A DNA stretch of 64,000 nucleotides, taken from contig OY781089.1 in the NCBI GenBank assembly GCA_963676565.1, positions 448,001-512,000 on the forward strand. Reading direction: 5' to 3'. The position numbers and the translations under genes were made by a program. Of this stretch, positions 50,114 through 59,674 are shown in pieces (the stretch's first letter is position 1; the number at the start of each line of letters is the position of its first letter). Source of the stretch: Halarcobacter sp. GTDB taxonomy: Bacteria; Campylobacterota; Campylobacteria; Campylobacterales; Arcobacteraceae. The notes beneath the pieces were generated by a model that searched no databases, was not told where the DNA came from, and saw only the letters and a list, made by a program, of their open reading frames with translations.

Positions 50114-50527
50114 ATGCCACTAATTTCAACAAAAGGAGTATATGGTTTAACAGCCATGTACCAACTTAGTAAACATAAAGAGGATACTCCTGTTCAAATA
50201 AAAGAGATATCTTCTAGTGCTAATATTCCTCAAAATTACTTGGAGCAACTGCTTAGTAAACTAAGACGAGCAGAACTTGTGAAAAGTATTAGGGGTGCAA
50301 GAGGTGGTTATATTTTAGCAAAAGAGCCAAAAGATATTTTAGTAAAAGATATTTTAATTGCTTTAGAGGGTGATTTAAAAGTTATTGATAGTAGCACTGA
50401 AAACCCTATTTTAAACATATTTTTTGATGAAGCAAAAGAAAATACTAAAAAGATTTTTAATATCTCTTTAGCTCAACTTGATGATTATCAAGATAAATAT
50501 AACGAATTTTTACATTATAGTATTTAA
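50114..50527 (+). CDS. Rrf2 family regulator, CymR-like
   Basis: STKGVYGL, YLEQLL..L...LVKSIRGARGGY; no cysteines; directly upstream of cysK. Confidence 0.85.
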   Translation: MPLISTKGVYGLTAMYQLSKHKEDTPVQIKEISSSANIPQNYLEQLLSKLRRAELVKSIRGARGGYILAKEPKDILVKDILIALEGDLKVIDSSTENPILNIFFDEAKENTKKIFNISLAQLDDYQDKYNEFLHYSI

Positions 50528-50547
50528 TAAAAACATAAGGATATACA

Positions 50548-51474
50548 ATGAAATTTGCAGAAAACGTAACAGAACTAATTGGAAATACACCACTAGTAAA
50601 GTTAAACCAAGCGAGTAAAGAATCAGGTGCAACTGTTCTTGGAAAATGTGAGTTCATGAACCCTACTCACTCAGTAAAAGATAGAATTGGTACAAACATG
50701 ATTAAAACTGCTTTAGAAGGTGGTTTAATCAATGAAAACACAACAGTAATTGAGCCAACATCAGGAAATACTGGTATTGCTTTAGCTTCTGTTTGTGCTG
50801 GGCTTGGAATTAAACTTATTCTTACAATGCCATCTTCAATGAGTATAGAAAGAAGAAAACTTTTAAAAGCTTTAGGTGCACAGCTTGTTTTAACTGAGCC
50901 AGAAAAAGGGATGAAAGGTGCGATTGATAAGGCAAATGAATTAGCAGAGTCTACTGATAATTCATTTATTCCTCAACAATTTGCAAATAATGCAAACCCA
51001 GATATTCATAGAAAAACAACGGCTAAAGAGATTCTTGCAGATACAGATGGAAAAATTGATATCTTAGTTGCAGCTATTGGTACAGGTGGTTCTATTACAG
51101 GCATTGGAGAAGTTTTAAAAGAACATAATCCAGATATCCAAATTGTTGCGGTTGAGCCTGAAGCATCTCCAGTTTTAAGTGGTGGTAAACCAGGTCCACA
51201 TAAAATCCAAGGAATTGGTGCAGGTTTTGTTCCAGATGTTTTAAACACGGATTTATTTGAAGAGATTGTTAAAATTTCTAATGAAGATGCAATTAAAGCT
51301 TCAAGAGAATTAGCAAAAAATGAAGGTTTATTAATTGGAATTTCTGCTGGTGCAAATGTTTTAGCAGCTACAAGAATAGCTTCTAAACCAGAAAACAAAG
51401 GTAAAACGATTGTTACAATTCTTTGTGACACAGGTGAGAGATATTTAAGTTCAGGACTATATGACGATGAGTAA
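50548..51474 (+). CDS. cysK: Cysteine synthase A
   Basis: [30 protein letters not shown]. Confidence 0.96.
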   Translation: MKFAENVTELIGNTPLVKLNQASKESGATVLGKCEFMNPTHSVKDRIGTNMIKTALEGGLINENTTVIEPTSGNTGIALASVCAGLGIKLILTMPSSMSIERRKLLKALGAQLVLTEPEKGMKGAIDKANELAESTDNSFIPQQFANNANPDIHRKTTAKEILADTDGKIDILVAAIGTGGSITGIGEVLKEHNPDIQIVAVEPEASPVLSGGKPGPHKIQGIGAGFVPDVLNTDLFEEIVKISNEDAIKASRELAKNEGLLIGISAGANVLAATRIASKPENKGKTIVTILCDTGERYLSSGLYDDE

Positions 51475-51516
51475 AAACTCATCCTCTCATATAAACATTT
51501 AGTTTGAGAGGTAAAA

Positions 51517-51741
51517 ATGGCAGAAAAGGCAAGACGATCCATTGCTAAAACTGTCTCTTGGCGAACTGTCGGAACACTTGATACTATAATCATCTCCTAT
51601 TTTATAACTGGTAACCTTACTATGGCCGCGTCAATTGGTTCAATAGAACTATTTACAAAAATGGCCCTTTACTACTTTCATGAAAGAGCTTGGAATAAGA
51701 TCTCTTTTGGGAAAGTTCAGGAACCAGACTATCAAATTTAA
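51517..51741 (+). CDS. DUF2061 small membrane protein
   Basis: RSIAKTVSWR, LYYFHERAW; GAGG RBS. Confidence 0.85.
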   Translation: MAEKARRSIAKTVSWRTVGTLDTIIISYFITGNLTMAASIGSIELFTKMALYYFHERAWNKISFGKVQEPDYQI

Positions 51742-51770
51742 TTGATAAAAAATAAATATAGGTAATAGAT

Positions 51771-52469
51771 ATGCATGAGATTAACGTATTAAATGAAAAG
51801 TTTGCAAGAGCAGAGGCAAATGAGATTTTAGAGTACTTCATAAATGAGTACAAAGACAAAACAGCTTTATCAAGTAGTTTAGGTGCTGAAGATCAAGTTT
51901 TAACTGATTTGATGTTAAAAATTGACAAAAATGCAAATATATTTACTCTTGATACAGGAAGATTGCATCCTGAAACATATGATGTTATGGATGCAACAAA
52001 TCTAAAATATGGTGTAAAGATAAATGTTTTCTTTCCTTTAAATGATGATGTTCAAAAATTATATTCATCTCAAGGGATAAATGGACACTTTGAAAGTATA
52101 GAAAATAGAAAAAGATGTTGTGGTATTAGAAAAATTGAACCACTAAAAAGAGCTTTAAAACCTTTAAAAGTTTGGATTACAGGTTTAAGAGCAACACAAA
52201 GTGTCACAAGAGTAGATATGCCAGTTGTTGAATGGGACGAAAACTTTGAAGTTATCAAAGTAAACCCTTTAATAAACTGGAGTGAAGAGGATGTTTGGAA
52301 TTACATTAAAACAAACAATGTTCCATACAACAAACTTCATGACCAAGGTTTCCCAAGTATTGGATGTGCACCCTGTACTAGAGCTATTAAAGATGGTGAA
52401 GATATAAGAGCTGGTAGATGGTGGTGGGAAAACCCAGAACATAAAGAGTGTGGTTTACACGCTAAATAA
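51771..52469 (+). CDS. cysH: Assimilatory adenylylsulfate (APS) reductase
   Basis: LDTGRL, CC and CxxC Fe-S motifs (RCCGIRK, CAPCT), C-terminal ECGLH. Confidence 0.92.
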   Translation: MHEINVLNEKFARAEANEILEYFINEYKDKTALSSSLGAEDQVLTDLMLKIDKNANIFTLDTGRLHPETYDVMDATNLKYGVKINVFFPLNDDVQKLYSSQGINGHFESIENRKRCCGIRKIEPLKRALKPLKVWITGLRATQSVTRVDMPVVEWDENFEVIKVNPLINWSEEDVWNYIKTNNVPYNKLHDQGFPSIGCAPCTRAIKDGEDIRAGRWWWENPEHKECGLHAK

Positions 52470-52490
52470 AAAATTAACGGAATTATAGAT

Positions 52491-53414
52491 ATGAATGAAA
52501 TTAATATAAGTCAAGAAAGACTAACACACTTAAAACAACTAGAAGCAGAATCAATGCACATAATGAAAGAAGTAGTAGCAGAGTTTAGTAACCCTGGTAT
52601 GCTTTATAGTGTAGGTAAAGATTCTTCAGTAATGTTACACTTGCTACAAAAAGCCTTTTACCCAGCACCACCACCATTGCCTCTAATGCATGTGGATACT
52701 AAATGGAAATTTAAAGAGATGATAGAATTTAGAGATAGACGTGCTAAAGAAGTAGGTATGGAATTAATCGTTTACTCAAACCCAAAAGGGATTGAAATGG
52801 ATATTTCTCCCTTTGAGCATGGGTCTGCTTTACATACTGATATTATGAAAACTGAAGGTTTAAAAAATGCACTAAATATCCAAAAGTTTGATGCAGTGTT
52901 TGGTGGAGCAAGAAGGGATGAAGAAAAAAGTAGAGCTAAAGAGAGAATCTACTCTTTTAGAGATAAAAACCATAGATGGGATCCAAAAAACCAAAGACCA
53001 GAACTTTGGAATATATATAATGGAAGACATACCCAAGGTGAATCTATTAGAGTATTCCCATTGTCTAACTGGACAGAATTAGATATTTGGCAATATATCT
53101 ATTTAGAAAATATTGATATCCCTGATTTATACTTCTCAAAAGAGCGTGAAGTGGTAGAGTATATGGGTACAAAAATCATGGTTGATGATGACAGAATACC
53201 TGAAGAGCTAAGACGTACTGCTAAAAAAGAAAAAGTTAGATTTAGAACATTAGGATGTTATCCTCTAACAGGAGCAGTTAACTCTGAAGCAACAACATTA
53301 CCTGAAATTATTCAAGAGATGTTAGTTTGTACAACAAGTGAAAGACAAGGGAGATTAATAGATAGTGATGGTGATGCATCAATGGAGAAAAAGAAACAAG
53401 AAGGGTATTTTTAA
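52491..53414 (+). CDS. cysD: Sulfate adenylyltransferase subunit 2
   Basis: [29 protein letters not shown]. Confidence 0.97.
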   Translation: MNEINISQERLTHLKQLEAESMHIMKEVVAEFSNPGMLYSVGKDSSVMLHLLQKAFYPAPPPLPLMHVDTKWKFKEMIEFRDRRAKEVGMELIVYSNPKGIEMDISPFEHGSALHTDIMKTEGLKNALNIQKFDAVFGGARRDEEKSRAKERIYSFRDKNHRWDPKNQRPELWNIYNGRHTQGESIRVFPLSNWTELDIWQYIYLENIDIPDLYFSKEREVVEYMGTKIMVDDDRIPEELRRTAKKEKVRFRTLGCYPLTGAVNSEATTLPEIIQEMLVCTTSERQGRLIDSDGDASMEKKKQEGYF

Positions 53415-53415
53415 G

Positions 53416-54879
53416 ATGGCACATCAATCAGATTTAATAGCAACAAATATAGAACAATATTTAAAAGAGCATGAGAATAAAGAGATTCTTAGATTTATTA
53501 CTTGTGGAAGTGTTGATGATGGTAAATCTACACTAATAGGAAGATTACTTTATGATTCAAAGATGATATTTGAAGATCAATTAGCCTCTATTGAAAAAGA
53601 TTCTAAAAAAAGTGGAACTACTGGTGATAAAATTGACTTAGCACTTTTAGTTGATGGATTAGCTAGTGAAAGAGAACAAGGTATTACTATTGATGTTGCC
53701 TATAGATTTTTCTCAACAGATAAAAGAAAGTTTATTATTGCAGATACTCCAGGTCATGAACAATATACAAGAAATATGGCAACGGGGGCATCAACTGCTG
53801 ATTTAGCAATTATTCTTGTTGATGCAAGACAAGGGATTTTAACACAAACTAAAAGACACTCTTATATTGCATCTTTATTAGGTATTAAAAATTTAATCGT
53901 TGCAATTAATAAAATGGACTTAGTTGACTTTTCACAAGATGTATTTGAAAAGATTAAAGCAGATTATCAAGAGATTATTGAATATCTACCTCATAATAGA
54001 GATTTAAATATTCAATTTATTCCTATTTCTGCACTTGATGGAGATAATATATTAACAAACTCTCCTAAGTCGCCTTGGTATAAAGATAAACCTTTAATGC
54101 AACTATTAGATACAACAGAGATTCATAAAAAAGAGAATAATAGTTTTAGATTCCCTGTTCAATATGTAATAAGACCCCACTTAAACTTTAGAGGTTTTTC
54201 AGGGACTATTGCAAGTGGTTCAATTAGTGTTGGTGATGAGATAACCGTACTTCCTTCAAGAAAGACTAGTAAAGTTAAATCAATAGTATCAAATGATATA
54301 AAAGATTTAAGACCAATAGGAAAAGATGAAGAGGTAGAGACTATTTCTAAAGCCTTTGCACCAATGACAACAACAATTACACTTGAAGATGAGATTGATA
54401 TTAGTAGAGGTGATATGATTGTAAAATCAACAGATATCCCTAAAGTATCAAATCATTTATCAGCAATGGTTGTATGGATGGATGAAACTCCATTAAAGTT
54501 AAATCAAAACTATGTAATTAAAAGAGCTACATCAGTATTAAATGGAGCATTTAATTCTATTGAATTTAAAAAGAATATTAATACATTTGAAGAGATTGAT
54601 TCAGATAGTTTAGAGTTAAATGATATAGCAAAAGTTACAGTATCTTTAGATAGAGAAATAGCAGTAGACCCATATCATGAGAATAGATATACAGGAAGTT
54701 TTATTATTATTGATAAATATACTAATTCTACTGTTGGTGCTGGGATGATTGTGAGTTCTATTGAAGGTTTTGCACATTTAGAAGAAGAGAAAAAAGTTTA
54801 TACTCAAGCAGAAATTGAGTTAAATGCATATATTAGAAAAAACTTCCCTGAATGGGGTTGTAAAGAGATTTTAGGATAA
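53416..54879 (+). CDS. cysN: Sulfate adenylyltransferase subunit 1 (no fused CysC domain)
   Basis: GSVDDGKST, EREQGITID, DTPGH, NKMD. Confidence 0.96.
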   Translation: MAHQSDLIATNIEQYLKEHENKEILRFITCGSVDDGKSTLIGRLLYDSKMIFEDQLASIEKDSKKSGTTGDKIDLALLVDGLASEREQGITIDVAYRFFSTDKRKFIIADTPGHEQYTRNMATGASTADLAIILVDARQGILTQTKRHSYIASLLGIKNLIVAINKMDLVDFSQDVFEKIKADYQEIIEYLPHNRDLNIQFIPISALDGDNILTNSPKSPWYKDKPLMQLLDTTEIHKKENNSFRFPVQYVIRPHLNFRGFSGTIASGSISVGDEITVLPSRKTSKVKSIVSNDIKDLRPIGKDEEVETISKAFAPMTTTITLEDEIDISRGDMIVKSTDIPKVSNHLSAMVVWMDETPLKLNQNYVIKRATSVLNGAFNSIEFKKNINTFEEIDSDSLELNDIAKVTVSLDREIAVDPYHENRYTGSFIIIDKYTNSTVGAGMIVSSIEGFAHLEEEKKVYTQAEIELNAYIRKNFPEWGCKEILG

Positions 54880-54883
54880 ATCA

Positions 54884-56446
54884 ATGGCAGATAAAGAAAC
54901 AAAAGCTCAAAGAGTTGAGCGTATAAAAAAAGAAAAAGATGGACTTGATGTAATCAAGGACATCTATAGATATGCCGAAACGGGAGAAAATGTACATCCA
55001 GAAGATATTGATAGATTTAAATGGTATGGAATGTACACACAAAATAGAAATCTTCAAGATGAAAACGATGAAACTTTATATTTCATGCTTAGAGTTAAAC
55101 TTATTTCTGGAGAATTAACTTTACCTCAACTAAAAGTTATGGCTGAGATTTGTGAAAAGTATGCAAGGGGAACTGCTGATTTTACAACAAGACAAGATTT
55201 ACAATTCCACTTTATAAGAGTAGCAGATTTACCTGAAGTTTTTAGATTGCTTGATACTGTTGGATTAAGTTCTATTTTTGCAGCAGGAGATGTTCCAAGA
55301 AATGTTGTTTCTTGTCCAGTAAATGGTATAGATCATGAAGAGATAGCTGATGTAACGCATATTGTTGAAAACTTAAATGCTTATTTCAAAGGGAATAGAG
55401 AATTCTCTAATCTTCCTAGAAAGTATAAAGTTGGTGTAAATGGATGTTCTAAAAACTGTATGCACCATGAGATGCAAGACTTAAGTTTCAACGCTGTAAA
55501 ACTTGAAAATGGTGAAATAGAATTTGCAGTTAGTGTTGGTGGGGGATTAGCTTCAAATAGAAGAATTGCTGAACATATTGGATATGTAACTGAAGAGCAA
55601 ATTATTCCTTTGACTGAAGCAGTAACTAAAATATATAGAGATTTTGGATTAAGAGAAAAAAGAACAAAAGCAAGACTTGGTCACTTAATTGAAGTTTGGG
55701 GACTTGAAAAGTTTGTTGAGACTTTAAGTGAAAGTATTGATTTTAAAATCAAAGAACCAAATGAGATTGAATACACACACTCAAAATATAGAGAACATTT
55801 CGGTATTCATGACTCAAAAGTTGAAGGTTCAAGTTTTATAGGATGTGCTTTAAATTCTGGACATATAGGCTTAGATGGATTAAATAACTTAATATCTATT
55901 TTTGAAAAATATGAAGCGAAAGCTTTAAAAGCAACAGTTACGCAAAATATTGTAATAACTGATGTTCCATCAAAAAATGAAAAAGATATGGCTAATGATT
56001 TAGAACAAGTTGGCATTACACCATTTCCATCTAATTTTAAAGCTAGAATTCAAGCATGTACAGGACTTGATTTCTGTAAGTTTGCCATCTCTGAAACAAA
56101 AGGTGTTGCTAAAAATTTAGTTGAACACTTGGAAACAAAATTTCCAGAATTTAATGAAAGAGTAACCATAAGTGTAAATGGTTGTCCAAACTCATGTGCA
56201 CACCCTCACATTGTTGATATTGGACTTATGGGAACAAAAACAAGAGATGATGAAGGGAAAATGACTGAAGGATTTGAACTTCTAGTTGGTGGATTTTTAG
56301 AAGGTGTTAATTCACAATTTAATAAAAAAACTGGTATAAAATTTCCATTAAATAAAGTAAATGAAACTATTGAAGACTTAGTTATAAACTACCAAAATTC
56401 AGAGTTTACAAGCTTTAGAGACTTTTTATTAACAAAAGCAAAATAG
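54884..56446 (+). CDS. Siroheme sulfite/nitrite reductase (ferredoxin-type; likely sulfite reductase from context)
   Basis: TTRQDLQ, LPRKYK, CTGLDFC, GCPNSC. Confidence 0.88.
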   Translation: MADKETKAQRVERIKKEKDGLDVIKDIYRYAETGENVHPEDIDRFKWYGMYTQNRNLQDENDETLYFMLRVKLISGELTLPQLKVMAEICEKYARGTADFTTRQDLQFHFIRVADLPEVFRLLDTVGLSSIFAAGDVPRNVVSCPVNGIDHEEIADVTHIVENLNAYFKGNREFSNLPRKYKVGVNGCSKNCMHHEMQDLSFNAVKLENGEIEFAVSVGGGLASNRRIAEHIGYVTEEQIIPLTEAVTKIYRDFGLREKRTKARLGHLIEVWGLEKFVETLSESIDFKIKEPNEIEYTHSKYREHFGIHDSKVEGSSFIGCALNSGHIGLDGLNNLISIFEKYEAKALKATVTQNIVITDVPSKNEKDMANDLEQVGITPFPSNFKARIQACTGLDFCKFAISETKGVAKNLVEHLETKFPEFNERVTISVNGCPNSCAHPHIVDIGLMGTKTRDDEGKMTEGFELLVGGFLEGVNSQFNKKTGIKFPLNKVNETIEDLVINYQNSEFTSFRDFLLTKAK

Positions 56447-56511
56447 ATTTAGGAGTAAAACTCCTAGGTTTATTAATAGAATCTATAATAAAAATAAGTT
56501 AAAATTATTCT

Positions 56512-57834
56512 ATGAAAAAAGATATTTTTAGACCATTTTTTGATGAAAATACAAATGTATTAGATTTTATAAGATATAACACAATTGGTAAAAGCAAAAA
56601 AGAGTACTTTGATTATACAGCCTCTGGACTTGGATTTAGACAAGTAGAAAATAGAATCAGAGATGTATTAGAAACCTATGCAAATACTCACTCAAAGGAA
56701 TCTGCTAATGCCAATATTACTAATCAATATTATAATGAAGCCTTAGATTCTTTAAAAAACTCTTTAGAATTAAATGATGAATTTTCTATTATCCCTGGTG
56801 GTTGTGGAGCAACTGCTGCAATTAAAAAACTTCAAGAATTAATTGGAATATATATTCCACCAGCAACATTAAAAAGATTTAATATTACAGTTGCTAAAAA
56901 AAAGCTTCCATTAGTTATTGTTGGTCCATATGAACACCACTCAAATGAGATTAGCTATAGAGAAGCTTTATGTGAAGTAAAAAGAATCCAACTTGATAAA
57001 AATGGACTAGTTGATTTACGACAATTAAAAGAGATTTTACAAGAGAATAGACACAGAGAGATAATTGGAAGTTTTTGTATAGCTTCCAATGTAACTGGGA
57101 TTGTAACACCATTTGAAGAGATTTCAAGATTACTTAGACTTTATGGGGCAACAGTTTGTTTTGATGCAGCGGCAAGTAGTCCATATATGAATATCCCATG
57201 TGAACTTTATGATGCTTTATTTATCTCTCCACACAAACTTTTAGGAGGTCCTGGAAGTTGTGGTATCTTAGTTGTGAGGAACTCTTTAATTGACAATACT
57301 CTTGCTCCATCCTTTGCAGGAGGTGGTACAGTTTCATATGTAAATTCTCAAATACAAGAGTATGAAAAAGAGATTACCGTAAGAGAAACAGCTGGAACAC
57401 CAGGAATTTTACAACTAATTCGTGCAGCTCTTGCATATAAACTTAGAAATGAAATAGGGTTTGAATTTATTTGTAATCAAAAAAATATGCTATTAAAACA
57501 TTTCCTAAATGAGATAAAAAAGATACCTAATATTAAAATCTATGGTAACCTTGATTCTAAAAATATTGGGATAATCTCTTTTAATATTGAAGATATAAAT
57601 CCATATGATATATGTGAAAAACTATCACAAGATGACGGAATCCAAACAAGGGCAGGTTGTTCTTGTGCTGGACCTTATGGACACGATTTATTAGGCTTTA
57701 ACACAAAAGAAGAAGTTCAAGAAAAACCAGGGTGGATTAGGATTTCAATACACTATTCACAAACTTTAGAAGATATTGATAATCTTCTAAAAGCTTTAAA
57801 TAAATCTGTAGTAAAAGCAAGTAATCTAAAATAA
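56512..57834 (+). CDS. Class V aminotransferase (cysteine desulfurase-like)
   Basis: DYTASG, EHHSN, SPHKLLGGPG, RAGCSCAGPY. Confidence 0.85.
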   Translation: MKKDIFRPFFDENTNVLDFIRYNTIGKSKKEYFDYTASGLGFRQVENRIRDVLETYANTHSKESANANITNQYYNEALDSLKNSLELNDEFSIIPGGCGATAAIKKLQELIGIYIPPATLKRFNITVAKKKLPLVIVGPYEHHSNEISYREALCEVKRIQLDKNGLVDLRQLKEILQENRHREIIGSFCIASNVTGIVTPFEEISRLLRLYGATVCFDAAASSPYMNIPCELYDALFISPHKLLGGPGSCGILVVRNSLIDNTLAPSFAGGGTVSYVNSQIQEYEKEITVRETAGTPGILQLIRAALAYKLRNEIGFEFICNQKNMLLKHFLNEIKKIPNIKIYGNLDSKNIGIISFNIEDINPYDICEKLSQDDGIQTRAGCSCAGPYGHDLLGFNTKEEVQEKPGWIRISIHYSQTLEDIDNLLKALNKSVVKASNLK

Positions 57835-57840
57835 ATTAGA

Positions 57841-59592
57841 TTACTTGCTTAACACTTTCTGTAACTTAGTTTCTTGACCATCACTTACTTGTTTATGTAC
57901 ATTTATTATAGGTTTAACATGGGCTTCTCGCCCTAAAGAGAAACTTTGTTCATCAACAATTACTTTATATGCTTTATTAAGCTGTAGAGCCCTTTTTGCA
58001 CTTGGTACTATCAAATAAGCAATATCCTTTTTTAATTTTTCAATCTCTTTTTCTTTTAACTTCCAATACTGTTTTTGATAAGCAAGTGGATTTTCTAACT
58101 TTTCATCTAAATCTTTTTGAATATTTTCTTTATCTTCTTCCCAACCTTTGACAAAAAACTTTTCCATAATCTCTTTATTTTGTCTAAACTCGTCACCTGC
58201 ATTATTCACTTTTAAATACTGCACATATTCAGTATCACCATTTTTAAGGAGTTTATCCTTTATACCTTCTAAGCCTTTTTGACTCCAATGATACCAACCA
58301 TTTTGAAAACTATTACCTTCTAATTTTCTTTGAAAAACAAAAGTAGAGTCTGCTATTGCCCCAATATTATTATGACATCCCATACAAAAAATTGTTTCCT
58401 CATAACTTTGTGGTCTTAGCTCACCTTCTACATCTTCAATAAAACCTTGATATTTCCATCCTAAGGCATTATAAACTCCAAGTTCTGCATCCCCTAAAAA
58501 TTCATCTAATCTATCGGGGTTATCATTTTTCCCTTTTAGTTTTGAAAGACCTAGATTTTTAAGTTCACTATATGAATGCCATCTTACTTTTTTCCCATAC
58601 CTAAGCTCCTTCATACGTGGAGCCATAACTATTTTTTCATCTTTATCAACACCAATATATCTAACTGTATGTAGAAATTCTGTTTGTATAGGATAAAGAC
58701 CTGGTGCTATCATTACTTTATTTTTTTCAAGAAGTTTTTTTGCTTTTCCAACATAGGTCATTGAAAAATCAGAAATTTTGAAAGTATCGTTATTATATTT
58801 TGGTTGAGTCCATTTAAAAACTATTTTATTTGCAATATCAAGTTTTCCATTTTGGTTTATATCAAAACCATATCTCTTTTCATCAGTTGCATCTATTTTT
58901 ACGTCAGCTTGTTTAATTAAAGACTCAACAATAGAAAGATTTAATTTATAAACTTCTTTATTAAACTTTCCATTTTCATCTAATCTAAAATCTTCACCTA
59001 ATCTAATAATTACATCATCAGTACTTCCATTTGTAGGCCAAAAAGTTCCTAAAAATGGTCTATATGCAAAGGATCTCCATCCTGTATAATTACCTTTTGG
59101 ATCTTTATCAAAACCTTCATTATCAAAATTAAAGTAGCAATCAGGGATAAAACCATCCCATTTGGAGTTTTTATTATAATCCCATTTTTTAGGAATGTTT
59201 TTTAGTTTTTCTCTTAGTATAATTTTATTGTCTTTAATATAATTGTTTTTATTTATATATTCTAAAATCTCTTTATCGCTTATTTTTGAAACCTCTTTTG
59301 TCCTATCTTTAAAAAGATTTGTCCAAGGATTTTTTAAAGCTGGAGCTGGAAAATCATAAGCTTCTTGTAAATCATCATCACCCATAGTATAATTTGGTTC
59401 TTTATTTTTAGTATGGCATGTGTAACATGGATTATGTAATAAATTTTTGTTTTTGCTATCTTCAGTTTTTGTATAACATTGTGAACTAATATATGCTGAA
59501 CCGTTTAATAATTTATTATGAAGTAAATCTACCTCTGCTGAAAAAAGATAGCTATTTAGTAGTACTAAAATAATAAGTTGCTTTTTTAACAT
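57841..59592 (-). CDS. Exported hypothetical protein with two CxxCH heme-binding motifs
   Basis: Signal peptide; CYTCH and CMGCH; EF-hand-like DINQNGKLD. Confidence 0.75.
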   Translation of the reverse strand: MLKKQLIILVLLNSYLFSAEVDLLHNKLLNGSAYISSQCYTKTEDSKNKNLLHNPCYTCHTKNKEPNYTMGDDDLQEAYDFPAPALKNPWTNLFKDRTKEVSKISDKEILEYINKNNYIKDNKIILREKLKNIPKKWDYNKNSKWDGFIPDCYFNFDNEGFDKDPKGNYTGWRSFAYRPFLGTFWPTNGSTDDVIIRLGEDFRLDENGKFNKEVYKLNLSIVESLIKQADVKIDATDEKRYGFDINQNGKLDIANKIVFKWTQPKYNNDTFKISDFSMTYVGKAKKLLEKNKVMIAPGLYPIQTEFLHTVRYIGVDKDEKIVMAPRMKELRYGKKVRWHSYSELKNLGLSKLKGKNDNPDRLDEFLGDAELGVYNALGWKYQGFIEDVEGELRPQSYEETIFCMGCHNNIGAIADSTFVFQRKLEGNSFQNGWYHWSQKGLEGIKDKLLKNGDTEYVQYLKVNNAGDEFRQNKEIMEKFFVKGWEEDKENIQKDLDEKLENPLAYQKQYWKLKEKEIEKLKKDIAYLIVPSAKRALQLNKAYKVIVDEQSFSLGREAHVKPIINVHKQVSDGQETKLQKVLSK

Positions 59593-59627
59593 TTAGATAT
59601 GCCTTAGTTTAAAATCGTTAGAAATAG

Positions 59628-59659
59628 AAAAAACCTAAGGGGAATTCCCTTAGGTTTTT
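59628..59659 (-). terminator. Hairpin between phoX and the downstream gene
   Basis: aaaaacctaaggg/cccttaggttttt inverted repeat with flanking T-runs. Confidence 0.7.
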
Positions 59660-59674
59660 AATATATTTATATAT

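Noticed and set aside
51006..51593. 195-aa ORF antisense to cysK
   Set aside because: Shadow ORF on the opposite strand of well-supported genes; no motif or RBS
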